DNA of 64,000 nt from Podarcis liolepis. Its lineage: Eukaryota. Shown piece by piece: positions 10,680 to 24,452 of this stretch. The notes under the pieces are model-generated. The model saw only the letters and a program-made list of their open reading frames with translations, searched no databases and was not told the DNA's origin. Position 1 is the stretch's first letter. The number at the start of each line of letters is the position of its first letter. The translations under genes and the position numbers were made by a program. The stretch lies in NCBI GenBank assembly GCA_965112155.1, contig OZ218100.1. One strand, written 5' to 3'.

Positions 10680-12779
10680 CAGCTATTAGTGCAAATAACA
10701 TACAAAAATGTGAAATGTGCTTTGCAAAAATGTGTATAGTGTGCAGATTTGCACACAAAATTGTTTTATATTAGGCAAAATTCACACTTAAAGCCCTGTT
10801 TGGTTTTCATGATGAACAAAGTGCTGTCAATATGTAGCAAACTGTTTGACAAATTTTACAAATGAGAAAGAAAAATGGTCAGATTTGCCCATCCCTGCCC
10901 TCTACCCAGTAGTGCCTCCACAAACAAATGAAACATAAGAAGTGCAAATGCAAGAAAGCAATCATTCTCACATTGGTTTCTTCTTAGGTGCAGGGTTCTG
11001 CTTTCCTTTGGGAGCTCTGGATTCCTCTCCAAGACGCCCAGTTTTCTGAGATTGGTTCTCTACCTGCATACCTTCCCTCTGTCTGGAGTTTCAGCCTTCC
11101 AAGAAGAACTGAGCTCTTGTGCCCCCATTTCTTCCTTGCGTCGACTGACTGTTTTGCCTGTCCAGCAAAAGAAGGGACCTATTGGTTCTCTTTGAAGATG
11201 GAAGTTCTGCCCTTCCCTCCTCCTGGGCCGTACCTTCTGTATACCTTCCCAACTTCTTCTAGCTCCATTGGCCTAAGAATATGGAAGGCAGACCAGGTCT
11301 AGGCCAAGTTTCCATTTCTCCAGGATCATGGCCCTGGCTGCTACATCTGCGCATCTTCTCCCTGGTATGCGCTGCTTGTCAGAGGCTTGAGAGTTGCTAT
11401 GCCAAGGTTGTGGGGGGGGGGTGTTCTCCCTCAAGGGCTTGCATGTTAATTGTTCTGCCTGACAAAAAATCACTTACCATTTTAAATGCTGAATGTCAGA
11501 ATGAAATTTCTTTTTTCATGAATCTCCATTGTCTCTTTGCCAGATGATGAGGCGTGCTTAACAAAGAAGCAGGAGGATTTCTGTTGCACTGTTGCTATAT
11601 TTACAGCTTACTGATCTGTTCAGTTACAAATGAACAAGCCATGGGACGTGCCAGAAGATGTACAAAGCAAACAGGCTTCCCACTTTTATGCTTCTCCATG
11701 TAATGTGAGGCCAATATGAGCAAGGAACTTTGGGTACTTGTTTCTGTCTCTCCCCCCCCTAGTTACTGCATTCCCCTGCCCCTTAAATATAATACACCAC
11801 AAATGGTTTAAGAACAGTCCATCCTTGGTTTGTTGCTCAGTGCATTGTTCAGTTTGGTAAAAGGCACAAGCAGATCCTCTGTGGGAAATTCTGACTTATG
11901 AAATCAGAGTCCTAAAAGACCATCTATGTTCTGCACAGAGGACTTGATCCAATACAGCATTAACCCTCTGTGGCTTTGCCCATCCTTTATTTCCCTGCAC
12001 ATATTTCCTACTGCTTCCTGTGACTTTTGCTCATCCAGCTCCTTCATCCATCCAAAGAACTCCTCCTCCCTGAAATGACTCTGCCCACTTCCCCTTAGCA
12101 GTTTCATATGTCAAGAACTGCCCACCAAACCGCCTCCACGTGGACCACCTCTTTTATTTTCTTTTTTAAGTCCAGCCTCAAAACCCTTAGTTCCTATTGT
12201 AACTAAGCCAAAGCACACATTAATTGAAGCAATCACATACAGGTGTCCCATTCCCCCCCCCCTTACATGGTGGTTACCTTCCCATGTGCATAAGTGAAAT
12301 TGTGTAAAGTGAGGAGTACCCTCTAAAAGATCTCCGAGCACCCATTTGCTCTCCAGCTCTCTCCCACTCTCCAGACCAAAATATCTGAGCTCTGAGGCTA
12401 GCTGGAGACTAGAGAACACATGAGAAAGTGGCAGCTGCCATTGCGCTAGCCCGCACATCAGCTGTTAGGTGAGGATGCTGAGCAGCCTAAACAAAGCCCC
12501 GGTGCACCTCAGATCTCTTTGGCACTTCCATCATCACCACTGATGTCCCCTTTGGGCTCCAGAGAGGGTCTCCTTGCAAGCCACAAGGACTCTCCAGCTC
12601 TCTCCCGCCATATCCTGGTCGAATTCTATTTATTTATTTATTTATTTATTTATTTCCCAGTGCTGCACATATATGCAGTCATGTGCATGTTGATTGAGTG
12701 CCAGTGGAGGGATGCCTGCAATTTTATTCCCCTGCCTACCCATACCTCAGTTTCCTCCTCCCTCTGTTATTTCACTGTA

Positions 12780-12986
12780 CAGTGGTACCTCGGGTTACAG
12801 ACTCCGCTAACCTGGAAGTAGTACCTCAGGTTAAGAACTTTACCTCAGGATGAGAAAAGAAATCGTGCGGCGGCACGGCGGCAGCGTGAGGCCCCATTAG
12901 CTAAAGTGGTACCTCAGGTTAAGAATGGTTTGAGGTTAAGAATGGACCTCCAGAACGAATTAAGTTCATAACCAGAGGTAGCACTC
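12780..12986. mobile_element. Tigger-like MITE
   Basis: TA|CAGTGGTACCTC...GAGGTAGCACTC|TA. Confidence 0.85.
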
Positions 12987-13495
12987 TATTACAGACTGTA
13001 ATCCTGTGGGTACAGACCTTCTATATCTTTTCAGTGTAATGTGCCATGTATACAGATGGCACTATATTAAAAACATTACTATTGTCAGGGGTTGCATTTG
13101 CTTAACCTGCCTACCCTCCATCAACCACCCACCCTCTCCCTTTACAGATCACCCCCAAAACCCCATCCCCTCACAGCTCTTTTACCTCCCACATCCCCAC
13201 CTACCCATACCCTCACACCATCTACCCCGCTATTGACACGTTGCCAATCTCCTCTCCCCTCACAATTCACCCCGGTCCCAAGATCCTGCTGCTGCCACCA
13301 CGCACCAAGGCGAAAGGAATGAAGAGAAAAAAGTCTTTCTCCCCCTTCGCCCCACATTGCTGTTCACAGAAGTACACTTCCTGAAATGCACGCTTCCTTC
13401 TAGTGGTAGTGGAAGGTTTGGAAGGTTTCCCCAGCCACCCTCAGTGGTGGTAGCGATGGCGACAATTCATATCATGCTGTGATTTGTTCTACTGT

Positions 13496-13715
13496 TTACT
13501 GCCTTTATTTCCCACTTTTTCTTCAAGGAGCTCAAGATGGCACACATACTTCTCCTTCTCATTTCATCCTCAACACTATCCTGTGAGGTAAGTTTAGCTG
13601 AAAGCGAGTGGATGGCCCAAAGTCACCCAGTGAGCTTTTTGGCTGAAAGGGGATTTGAACCCAGGCCTCTCAGATCCTAGTCCAACACTCTAACCACTAC
13701 ACCACGCTGGCTCTC
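13496..13715 (-). mobile_element. tRNA-derived CORE-type SINE (Squam3-like)
   Basis: The minus strand starts GAGAGCCAGCGTGGTGTAGTGGTTAGAG (A box) and GGTTCAAATCC (B box). Confidence 0.8.
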
Positions 13716-15132
13716 TGGTGGGAAAATGCTTTGAATCATGAACTATTTAGTTTAGCTAAATCTGGCCCCCTGTTTTTGTCAACGCTCTTACTGCAAGTAG
13801 CAATTGTTACACTTTTTGCCTCCTAGATCTTTTTCGCTTGGAAAGAATTCGTATCACAAGGAACCAAATCCATTCTGTTCGTCTACTAACAGTCCACATA
13901 GTGCCATTTTAATGAGAAAGCGGGATGCTTGTTCTGAGATGACTACAGAGCTATGGAAAATATGCTTTCTGTTTGTATGCATTTGCATAGCACACATGTT
14001 TGGCAACAGAACAGACAGCTTTGAGAAATTAAATGGTAGACTTGCACAGCTTCTCTCAAACAAGCTGTAGCAGAAAAACAGTTTTAAATGCCTGTTTTCA
14101 TCCATTAATTGGGGGGGGGGACACCCTGAAGGTTTGTTTATATGTTTTTCATAAGCAGGAAGGAAATGCCTTGCATTACTCAGCAGTGAATCCTCCAAGC
14201 AATTAAGAGTGACGTTAATAAACAGATGAATATTTTCACCAGAAAGATGGATTTTACAGGCAAGAATGCACCAGCAGAAAAGCTATACTTATTTGAAAAT
14301 GATGCATGCATTCTCCTGCCCATTAAGAGACGTACTTTACATTCCATAATATTAAATCAGCAAGTACCGTATGTAAGACAGGGTCTTTTCTGTTGTGGCT
14401 CCAATAGAACTTCAACTCTGTCCCCAGGGAGGCCCCCAACACTGAACACTTCCCTTTGATCAATTTAAAACACTTATTCCATCAAGATATTATTCCATCA
14501 CCACCACCACCACATTTTATTTATTTGTTCACAGCCCCTGCTTCTGTGATGTTAGGAGCAAACCGAGAACAGAAAATTAGGGACACTTTTCCTGGTGTTG
14601 AGATAAGTAGTGAGAAAAACATTACCTGCTAGACTCTTGTGTATGAAGTTGCTGTTCATTGTTTAGGAGCAGAGCTAATAAAAAGAGGCAATCTAACTTT
14701 GATTTCTTTATGGCAGTATGTTGCCATCTGTATTTTGCAATATTGTTATTGATGTAAGATATGCAAGATGACAGAGGTTATTGTTTAGTTGCATTTGTTT
14801 TAACTATTTATTTGTGATATATATATATAATATGCACCAATACATATAAATGAATATACGGAAATTTCATGCCAATTAACACCCCTTTTTTGTCCTTTTA
14901 TTTTGAACGATATCTCTTTTGTGACACCCTACACAGGACAGGGCTACGCAGTTCCCTGTCCCAGAGTGCTGCTACAGCTGAATTGTCAAAAGAGGTCTAC
15001 ATCATTGGGAGAGAACATCACAGTCTCTCTCTCATCCCTATACATGTTATATTGAAACAATGGCTCCCGGGGTGGGGAGAGACAAAAGCAAACTCTCTTG
15101 AGCAGAGTAAACACATATATTAACATTTAAAA

Positions 15133-15631
15133 AATGCTCTTCTGTCCCAACTGTAATGCTCTTCTGTCCCAACTGGACAGATGAAAGATCTCGGTTTTTA
15201 ACTCCCCTCGTGAATAAGCTTCATCTCCCAATTCAGCCTTGGATAGTGTCCCTCCTTTTGCAGGATTCTGATTGCTGGATTACCGAGATGACAGCTAACT
15301 TTCTGCTTAGTGTGATGAAGAGGAAAGCGGCACTAACTTCTTCCTTATCACCACAGCTGTAGTCGATACGCCGCACGACCGAACGAAGTTCCAAGTAGCC
15401 TTATTGTACAAGGACAATCGAGTTAGGACATATCTGAGGAGCTGAAGGACCCTTTAACGGTCCTCCTCCAGCCTCAGCAGTTTTTTTTCCCCCTCTCTCT
15501 CTTTTTCTTTCTTCAAGTAACCGCCCAGGACGATATTTACCTTTACCTCCCCACCCCTATTTTATGTTGTTATTTCAATGTATATCATGCTATGGCCACA
15601 CGGCTAATGCAATAAATCTAATAAATTGAAT
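15133..15631 (+). mobile_element. RTEX-like LINE 3' fragment
   Basis: LFCPNWTDERSRFLTPL...LLQDSDCWITEMTANFL resembles the C-terminus at 32240-32420; 3' end with AATAAA. Confidence 0.6.
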
Positions 15632-16576
15632 TAAACATTAAAAAAAAACTGAATAAAGGAATAAAGATGGTGTGGGTACACAGACAATTATGACATTACA
15701 ATTCAATGTCCAAAGTGGAATAAATATAACTGGTGAATAAATAGGTTTTCTTTCTTCAAAGGACATACATTTATACTTTTCCAGAACAGCCGAGAAGCCA
15801 TTTTGAGTTTGAGCCACATTGTTTAAGGAACTGTGAAATAAAAGCCTTAGAAAGTAAAGCCTAAAACTATTAGTATGATGAATTGAGGCAAGGGAGCTGC
15901 ATGCAGAAGAATGAAACAATTTCATTCTAAGCGGGAAATGATTATGAGAAGAGGCATCTGAAATATCTAAACTACCCAGGCCCAGGAGCCATTTTAAATT
16001 AGTGCAGTAGAGTCAACTGACACTATTAAATATAAAATTACATTTCTATAGGGAAAAGGTACTGACCTACTTTAACCCCAAAATGTGAGGGGTTTAAAAA
16101 AATGTTTGATGTTGTTTAGCTGTATGTTATTATTTTCTATAGATTTCACTATTTTCATGGGGCATGACTGTGACAACAATAATAAGAAAGGCAGTGGCCC
16201 TGAGTAGCAGCAACAAAATCTTAAGCAACTTTGAAAGCATGCAGAGAATGACAGGTTCTGAGGCAGCAGCAGCCAAGACCAGAATGGATGGGCCAGCCAG
16301 AAATATTGATAGTTATTGGGGCATGACTTTAATTTTTTTTAATGACTTTGTTTTTGTAAGAAAACTTCCTATATATTTACTACTGGGTTAAATTAACTGC
16401 CAGTAATCAGAAAGCATTGTTACACGTGTGCACCCTACTTCTGCGCAGTGGAAATTTTCGGGGAGGGGGGAAGAATTCACCTAGGGCTCCATTTCATTAG
16501 GAATGAGGTCACTAGAGGCTTCTGGCATTTTTTTGCTATAAAGTCTATTTACACATCCGTAAAGGCTGAGCGTAAG

Positions 16577-16639
16577 TGCCTGGTGTGCTCTGGTCCATGG
16601 GGTCACGAAGAGTTGGACACGACTAAACAACAACAACAA
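16577..16639 (+). mobile_element. BovB 3' tail fragment
   Basis: GTGCTCTGGTCCATGGGGTCACGAAGAGTTGGACAC..(CAA)n, near-identical to the tail at 63090-63155. Confidence 0.85.
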
Positions 16640-17445
16640 AGTGGAAGACTCACCGCGTTAACATTCCAACAGAACCTGCTCCCCCATTAGGGATAACACA
16701 AGGTCCCTCAGAGCTCCCAAGAAATTGTACAACTCTCACCTTTTATTCAGGCTGTTCCCAAAACCAAATACAATGACATCTTTTCCCATTCGTTGAGATA
16801 TCTCCTTACTGGAAGCAGACCACTTGGCCACTCTGTCAGAGTCTTCAAGATAACCTCCACCGATCCCATTAACCCTCTCTTTACTAAACTTTAGTCTAAG
16901 AACCAAGAGTCACAGGGCTATAAGGAATCCCTGACCTGACCTTCAGACTAACACCCCCATCAAATGCACAGCAGCATTTTCATCCACTCTGAAGGGTCAG
17001 TGAGCAGCCCAAACTGAGATATTCCCAAAAGAGGAGTTGGAGCTTTCTGACTTTGCCTTCTGCCAGGGATAAAAATCTACAGTACCTAAGTCCATCTCTA
17101 CTCACACCAGAATCTGAATGCAGATGCAGATTTCAATGTGCAGCCAAGCCTACGTCCCACTGAAAGCAACACAGTGCAGATAGAAGATAGTCATGTTCCC
17201 ACATGCATCCAAAGAAGCACTTAGCGCATACCCACAGGCCCCTGACAACACTATAGGAATGCCACTATTCCTTTGGTTCTTGTGCAGAAATAACTCAGAT
17301 ATATTGGATTATTTTGCTGGACTTCACTGACTGTCTGAAAATAATATAGCAGGCCTCCACCATTTCTAGGATTACCAACCTATGCTGGCACATCTATCTT
17401 GGCCTAGCAAGGGCCACTTCTGTTCTAAACAGCTATGGACACAAC

Positions 17446-17593
17446 CAGTGCTTTTTTTCTGGGGTGACGCAGGGGTAAGCATACCCCTAAACATTTTGTG
17501 AATCTAGGTGTGGCCTCATTGGGGAGCAGTATTTCAATATGAGTAGGAAAATAAGAGTACCCCTAAACATTTTCTTTTGGGGGAAAAGCACTG
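17446..17593. mobile_element. hAT MITE
   Basis: TIR CAGTGCTTTT / AAAAGCACTG; TSD GACACAAC/GACACAGC. Confidence 0.8.
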
Positions 17594-20500
17594 GACACAG
17601 CATGATCAATCCCAGGTAAGATGGCAATCCTATACTGGTGCAATTTGTATTATTTTTGCTTATTGTGAGGCACAATTTACTTACTTGTAGGACTTACAGC
17701 AGGCATAAATTCATAGATGCAAGAACTTAGTTTATTTTGTGCATTCTGAATTTAGCAGCACTCTGTTTCCAAAGCTAAAAACTAGTTAAGGAGTTGCAAA
17801 CATGAACAACTGTTAAAGAAACTTTCTTGGTGAACTCATGGTGTCCTTTCAGCAAGCAGCTCTAGTCCTAAGCACCACCCGCAAGGGAGTTTAAAATGCA
17901 GTGTAGAGGCATGGTTGGGGGAGCGGCTGAATGGAAACTCAGAAAATAACTTGAGCATCTATATATGCACGTCTCTGTGGATTGGACTGGAAGATTGATG
18001 TACTAATTAATTGTACTGTTCTGGAGCTGAAGCATTGCAATTCGTGATATAGTTTAAAACATAGCAACAGCATTTTTGAACGTTTCACTACTTATGGAGG
18101 AGTGACATGTCATTTAAATGCTCACCCTTCTATCTACAAAAGGAACTGTTGGTTTTTTGAATATATTCAGATGATGTGCTTACAAAAATATTCAATAAAT
18201 AAATACGTAGGTAGACAGATGCCATTTTAGTGCACAAGTCCTTCAGCAACTTCAAAATTACTACCAGATTTAGAACCATCAGATTGTCACATGGTAAAAT
18301 ATCTTCGCTAATGGCTGCACTAGTATCAATCAGTCTTTTAGGTTACAGCAGGTCACAGTGCAAAAGATCCTCTGCTGATAGCCTTAAGGCTGCCAATGGC
18401 TACTGGCACAAGCAGAATGGCGAGGGATTTTTGTTACTCATCTTCAGTGACTTTAGTAGGGCTGGTAAAAAAGCATGCAAGGCAACGGTGTCTTCCAAGC
18501 AATAAAATATGCCAGTTTGAGTACCAGAAACATGAGATTGCCTTGCAGCAAAAGGGATTCCTGGAGGGAAAATATCTGGATCAGTCATACCTGTTTAGAT
18601 ATGACCTTATATAGGTTTTATACTGCTTTAAGTGTCTTGGCTTGCCCCAAAGAATCTTGGCAACTGTAGCATATCGCAATAATAAGAATATTCTATATAA
18701 AATCCCTAACTACTTCCAAACTAAACTACAATTCTCAGGAGCACTTATGGGAAGAAGGAATGTCAGCTAAACTGGTTCAGATCTGGAATATTGGCAGGCC
18801 TTCAATAACAAATGTAATTTTATCACACACACAAAATTTTCTGCATAGATCCTTTGTGGTTTTCATGCATAGCCTAGCACAACGGGCTATGTGCCAGGTC
18901 AGATATGGAGAGGGCAAAAGCAACAGCAAACTGTAAGCACTCATCAAAAGTATAATCCTGGGGTCAATTAATATGAAACTTTTGCATTTTTGCTACCTAT
19001 TACCGAACTCTGGGTGATAAGTTGTAGCCTAAATTTATTGCTAAGTATAGGATTGCATCAAAACTTTTACTATGCATTTTCATGTGCACTTGTGTTGGTC
19101 AACCATGTTCACAGCTGTATAGTTTATGGTAACGGTTGGACTTGGTGTAGAAGGGAAAAGTGCAGCAATAATGGTCTTTGGAAGATTAGATAAATTGTGG
19201 GCAATTGGTAAAGTGGGAGTGGGTTGTGGGGCAGGGGAAAATGAGGGCAGAAGAACTAAATGAACAAACAAAAAAATGCTGATGTATCATTTTCCCTGAA
19301 GTTTGTTTTGTAAAACCTGCTCCAATGATGCAATCCCCATGGAGAGAAAACAGCAAGAAAGGAATGTTCAACTATTTCATAGTGTCATCTATGGCTGGCA
19401 TGTCAGGAGTTACGTAAGCTGCTTCTGAAACAACTGTGGGAACTCTCAAGTTCATTGTATGATGCGGGGAGGGGGAATTAAAGACACGGTGTTCCACACC
19501 CTTCCCCAACTAGAGAGCCAAGAAAAACTCCCATGGAAATTTCATAAAGCTTTATCACAATGATGAAAATCAGAGAAGACAATTTTTAAAAATCTGTTAA
19601 CATCACAACAAACTCCTAAATATATATTTGCATACAGCAAAAAAGAGCTATATTTTATAACTCGGATCTTTCGAAAATGAATCACAAACTTCTCTCCGGT
19701 AGTGAATTCTGAGCCAACACCACAGTGGTGTGAGCACAGCAGATGCTACAGGGCTTAATTGGGAAATGAAAAGAACCAAGGAGAAAACTTGGCTAGAATG
19801 TGGTGGAGCATTCCTAATGTCTGAAAGCCCACAATTCTGAGCATGTATTTACCCAAGGTGAGTAGGCAGAAATCTTGTAAAAGGTGAAAGCATCCAAGGC
19901 TAACTGAAGCATATGGATAATATCAAGAGTCATTTATAACTTGTTTTTCCCTGTATTTCCTCCGAAATGTTCCCCCTTTGTTTAATTTATTGAGCTTACT
20001 ATAAACCAGATATGAAAGCTGCGAGTATAAACCAACATTTGCAGACATCAGAAGATATTTAGCCAAGCCTCGCTAAACAAACGAGCACATGGGATTTAAC
20101 CCGAGGCAGCTGAACTGTGCGTCACTTGGCTTAACTCTTCCCTCACTAAAAAGCATCCAGCTAGACCAAACACAGCTCTTTCAAGTGGAAGGCTATCAGA
20201 TGGAGAAATAAACATACTCTCAATAGGAAATGCCTTTTCGACCAGACGGTGGGGCTGTCAGCACTCACACTTTCTTTTGCAGTTTCATCTCATCGCCATT
20301 GTTATCAGCAATCAAACATTGCCAAACCACTGTAGGATATACGGCAACCAAATAACCAGCCCAAACATAAAAAGACACCCTTCAACTCTAAACATATTGT
20401 GCTTTAAAACAGGATACTGTTGTTGAAAGATTAATTCTTAGGTGGTAGACTGGGCTGCTGCACTTCAGACTGCAGGGTCTACATTTCTAATGCTTCCCAA

Positions 20501-23196
20501 TATTGAAGCAGAGAAACCAGCATAGCAGGCTAAGTGCTGGACTAGGAACCCCCTCCCCCATGGGCTAGTTTTCTATTTTCACTTGGTTTTGTGTGGCATT
20601 CCGTACTTGTAATCTGAAGTGGCACAGTCAAGACCATTCTACCACCTCAACTCATTCAGCTGCATGAATTGATCCAGTTGGAGGAATTCAATGTCACACC
20701 CTTATGATGGTTCCATCAGTGCTAGCATTTCTGCTTGTCAGAAAGAATGGTCCCTCCCCTTCCCTTCCCCTGTGTGCTGTTCTAGGGGTTCTCCCAACCC
20801 TTCAGAGTGGATTTGGGGGATGCCTGGCCTCCTGATCCTTCCACCAGTGTAGCCACACAGTACTGCCCTCCTCACCACATCAGCTCTCCCCTCCTAGTAA
20901 GCTACAATGACAACGTTGCCAGGAGGCCATGTGTACCCCACCACACCTCCATGCCACTCACCGCTGAATGCATCTAAACCTAAGACTAGTTAATATAGCA
21001 CAGAGATGGGGAAGTTTTTTTCAGTCTGAGGGAGATCATAGGCTGCTTACCAGTGAGTGGGACCAGAGGCAAAATCTAAATGGGAAAATGAATGGGATGT
21101 TGCAGATATTAATATTACACAGTTTGAAGTGCCTAGGTGCATGAAAACTGACTCCTTTTGGAAATGAAGCATTATCCAGACCCATACAAATATTATTCAA
21201 ACTTTACTAGCAGAACTCTTCAAAATAAAACAGAAACATCAAATGATACATCCAAAATATCTGTACAAAGTCTTGTGCTCAGCATCTTACTAACTGTGAA
21301 ATAATTCCAACAGATCTAGAAGCAGAGGTCTGTTCCCACAGCATCCATTTTTAGCCTGGAACCGTTTTCTCTCTCTCATTCAGAGAAATTCTTTTACACG
21401 TCCTTACTTCACAGAGCCTTGAGACAAAAGGCACAAAGGTCCCTTCAAAATGAAGATTTGCAACCCAATACCTTCATCACATGATCTAAGGTTACAACAC
21501 TCACATGTTAGTTACCAGAGAACAACAATTAGTTAATTATCAACTCAGCAAGAGCTCAGAGTCCTCTCCTTGGTTTTAATATAGTCCCGTGGAAAATCCC
21601 CATGTTAGCAACCCTTCAGCCATTTTTTCATTTCTGTGCCAATTAAACCATTATATTTAATATGGGACTCCTACCTTTGTATAGCAGACTACAGTTCACT
21701 CAAGTCAGACACCCTTTTCCATTCAGACACATGTCCCTCTCCATTCAGGCATGCAAGAAGTGTTGTCACAGTTCAAGGACACATTCTAGCATTTGAGGAG
21801 GTTGCTGAACAGAATCTGCCATGGGTGTGGACTAGGGAGGAGGCATGGCTTAGAATAAGCCCTGAGGACCAAATAAAGGGGCCTGGATGGCCACATTCAC
21901 CCCCACCCCAAGCTTAATGTTCCCCACCCTCAGGAGAGAGTGTTGGGACTTGGACTTGTATCTTGTATTTGTGTCTTAGTCTTCATCCAAGTCCCACTCA
22001 GCCATAAAGTCTATTGTGCGACTTTTCCTTTATCCATCACTGTCTCTCAGTTTAGCCTGTGTAAACGAAGCCTGAGGGGAGGCTGGAAGTGGAATATCTC
22101 TTTTTATATATTTTTTTTTAAGTCATGTTATTAATTGGCTTGCTATACGTAACTACCAATAATTTGTCACAGAAAGTATCAAGCCAGCATAAGTAATCCC
22201 CAATAACTTGTCACACAAACAGTAACAAAGTTGGGTGGTGGATGGAAATGACTCGTTTGCAAATGGAGCCAACAAATAAGTCTCTGGCAATGCTGAGCTT
22301 CGTATTTTCATGTTTACATCTGCACAGTGTCAGAACTGGAGATGTGCATCTGGTTGGGATCACTAACGTGGAAGTAAAATTTGTTCAACAGGCTGCGTAA
22401 TTTCTGCATGCTATAAATCAACTCAGACGTCACATTAGGAGAGACACAAACAGTCTTTCCCCAAAAGTTCAAGCTCCTTCCTGCAGAGTTTCAAATGAAA
22501 TGTTTGTCAAATTTGGGGAAATCTAAAATGTGACAGGAGGACAGGGAGGGTTTTCTTTTCCGCCTGGTGGTGGGTAAGCTAATAAAATCCCTGCCGAAAA
22601 ACAAACTAGCAGGATGCTTTGCTTCTAGCCTTCCACACACTTGTTAAGTTGTTACACCTAAAAAAACCAGAGCAAAGATACCCGTGTGAAAATACGTTTA
22701 GTGTTATGTGCAAATGGCCTCTCAAAATAATCCACCCTGTCAGTGAGCGGAGCTTTGGGCTATGGGGAGGGCGGCATTTCCTGTGGTTTCTCAAGTGTGC
22801 TACTCATCATTCACAGTGGCAATAGCACAGTTGTTTTCATTTTGCTTAAGGTGCTTTGTTTTGTAAGGCTGCAAGTAGTAGTAGTAGCAGCAGCAGCACT
22901 GATGCTAGCAACCTTACAGCCGTTTTGCATTCCCTGCAACGCCCTAGCATCATTCCAGGCCACAGGGAGAAAAGGGTGGTGGTGGAGAACATTCAGAGAA
23001 AATTCTGCAGAATAGCCTGCTTTATTTTTTATGGTGGGGAGGAGGCGAGCAAATGGAAAATCTCAGATCTCAGAAACAACTTTCTGCTCTCTTCCGTGTG
23101 TTACAAATCCAGGAAGGAGGGGAGATCATTGCCCAGGGAAGTTAAAATCTATGCTAATAATAAGCAGATGTGACAATGAGGGTTGTCTTCAGCATA

Positions 23197-23388
23197 GGCT
23201 GCATACACAGTATACCTTTAAAGCACATTCGAAACACATTAGTTCCCGCAAAGAATTCTGGGAACTGCAGTTTAACCCTCACAGAATTACAATTCCCAGC
23301 TGCCCTTAACAAACTACAGTGCCCAGAATTCATTGAGGGGAAAGAATGTGGTTTGAATGTGCCTCAAAGGTATGATGTATGCACAACC
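23197..23388. mobile_element. Hairpin MITE (PIF/Harbinger-like)
   Basis: GGCTGCATACAC ... TGTATGCACAACC ends with long internal inverted repeats. Confidence 0.55.
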
Positions 23389-24452
23389 TACGTTTTATTT
23401 GAATTAGACGTATTGGAATCTAAGTTAGTCATGCCCATTAATTTTAATGAGGCTATTCTGAGTGTGACAACCCTATGAAGACAATTAAAAAATGATTATT
23501 TGATCTAGTAATTCACTCGTATTGGATTCATGAGATGAGTGCACTCCCCCAATGCATGTAGGTGTAGCAAAAGGAATTCTACTGTAGTATAGTAGAACAT
23601 CATCATCGTTGTTGTTGTTGTTGTTAATGAACAAGGGACCAGACCCAACTCCCATATTTTTATATTGCTTTTTACATGGAAATATTCTGCAGCACAGCAC
23701 ATCAAAAAGGATGTTACATAAAAAAAAAATCTATTGCCCCGCATTTCTCCACATTAGTTCACTGTTTGCTTATGAGTGCCATAGAAACAGAGACTTATGT
23801 AAAGCAAATGCTGCTCTTCAAAATAAACCCAGCACCAATCTTCTTAGCACCAATCTGAGCAACATAAAAAGTTTTCATTCTGAAAAACAATGGATTCGAA
23901 ATAAAACTGCCACCTGTTGCCTGCAGTATTCAGTGCTAAATTATTCAGAACTATATCTTTGTACAAGGGAAGAATATTGATGCAGTCTGAGCTTTGGAGA
24001 AACGTTATATTCTTCTCATATTGACTATTCAGAGGAAACATATTGCTAGCAGAGCCTTATTTCTCTGAGCCCATACAAATACGCAACATGGACCACTTTC
24101 CCTTCCCCCCTGCCCAAGGAAAGCTCTTTTCAGAAACTGGAGCACTGATTTGTGTCCTTAAGTTTCTTTAGGTCCACTTGCTTAATCTCCTTACATTTTG
24201 GGCTGTTTGGCTTGTATTTATACTCTCACACAGCAGGATGCCATGGGTGTATATTAATTACTCATAAAATACCCATTTATTTCCCATCCCTGGGATCTAG
24301 TATCAGGTTTTTCTGTATTCTCTGGGGATCCGGAGCCGAATTCATTTACTCACATTTGCTGGGATGGCTCACATTTACCCCAGTCCAGCAATCTCATTCT
24401 CCATATGCAGAAAATGACAACAGGAGCTAAGGAACTCAAAGTTATAGTTGCA

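Larger units (their letters stand above)
9655..10897. mobile_element. Old AT-rich DNA-transposon-like repeat interrupted by nested inserts; related copy at ~34590-35000
   Basis: Repeated CAAAAATG/TATTAGG motifs continue either side of 9859-10679; ends in CCCATCCCT. Confidence 0.5.

Noticed and set aside
10990-12470. Possible decayed LINE ORF1/ORF2 remnants
   Set aside because: Frames are broken and no diagnostic motif could be identified with confidence.
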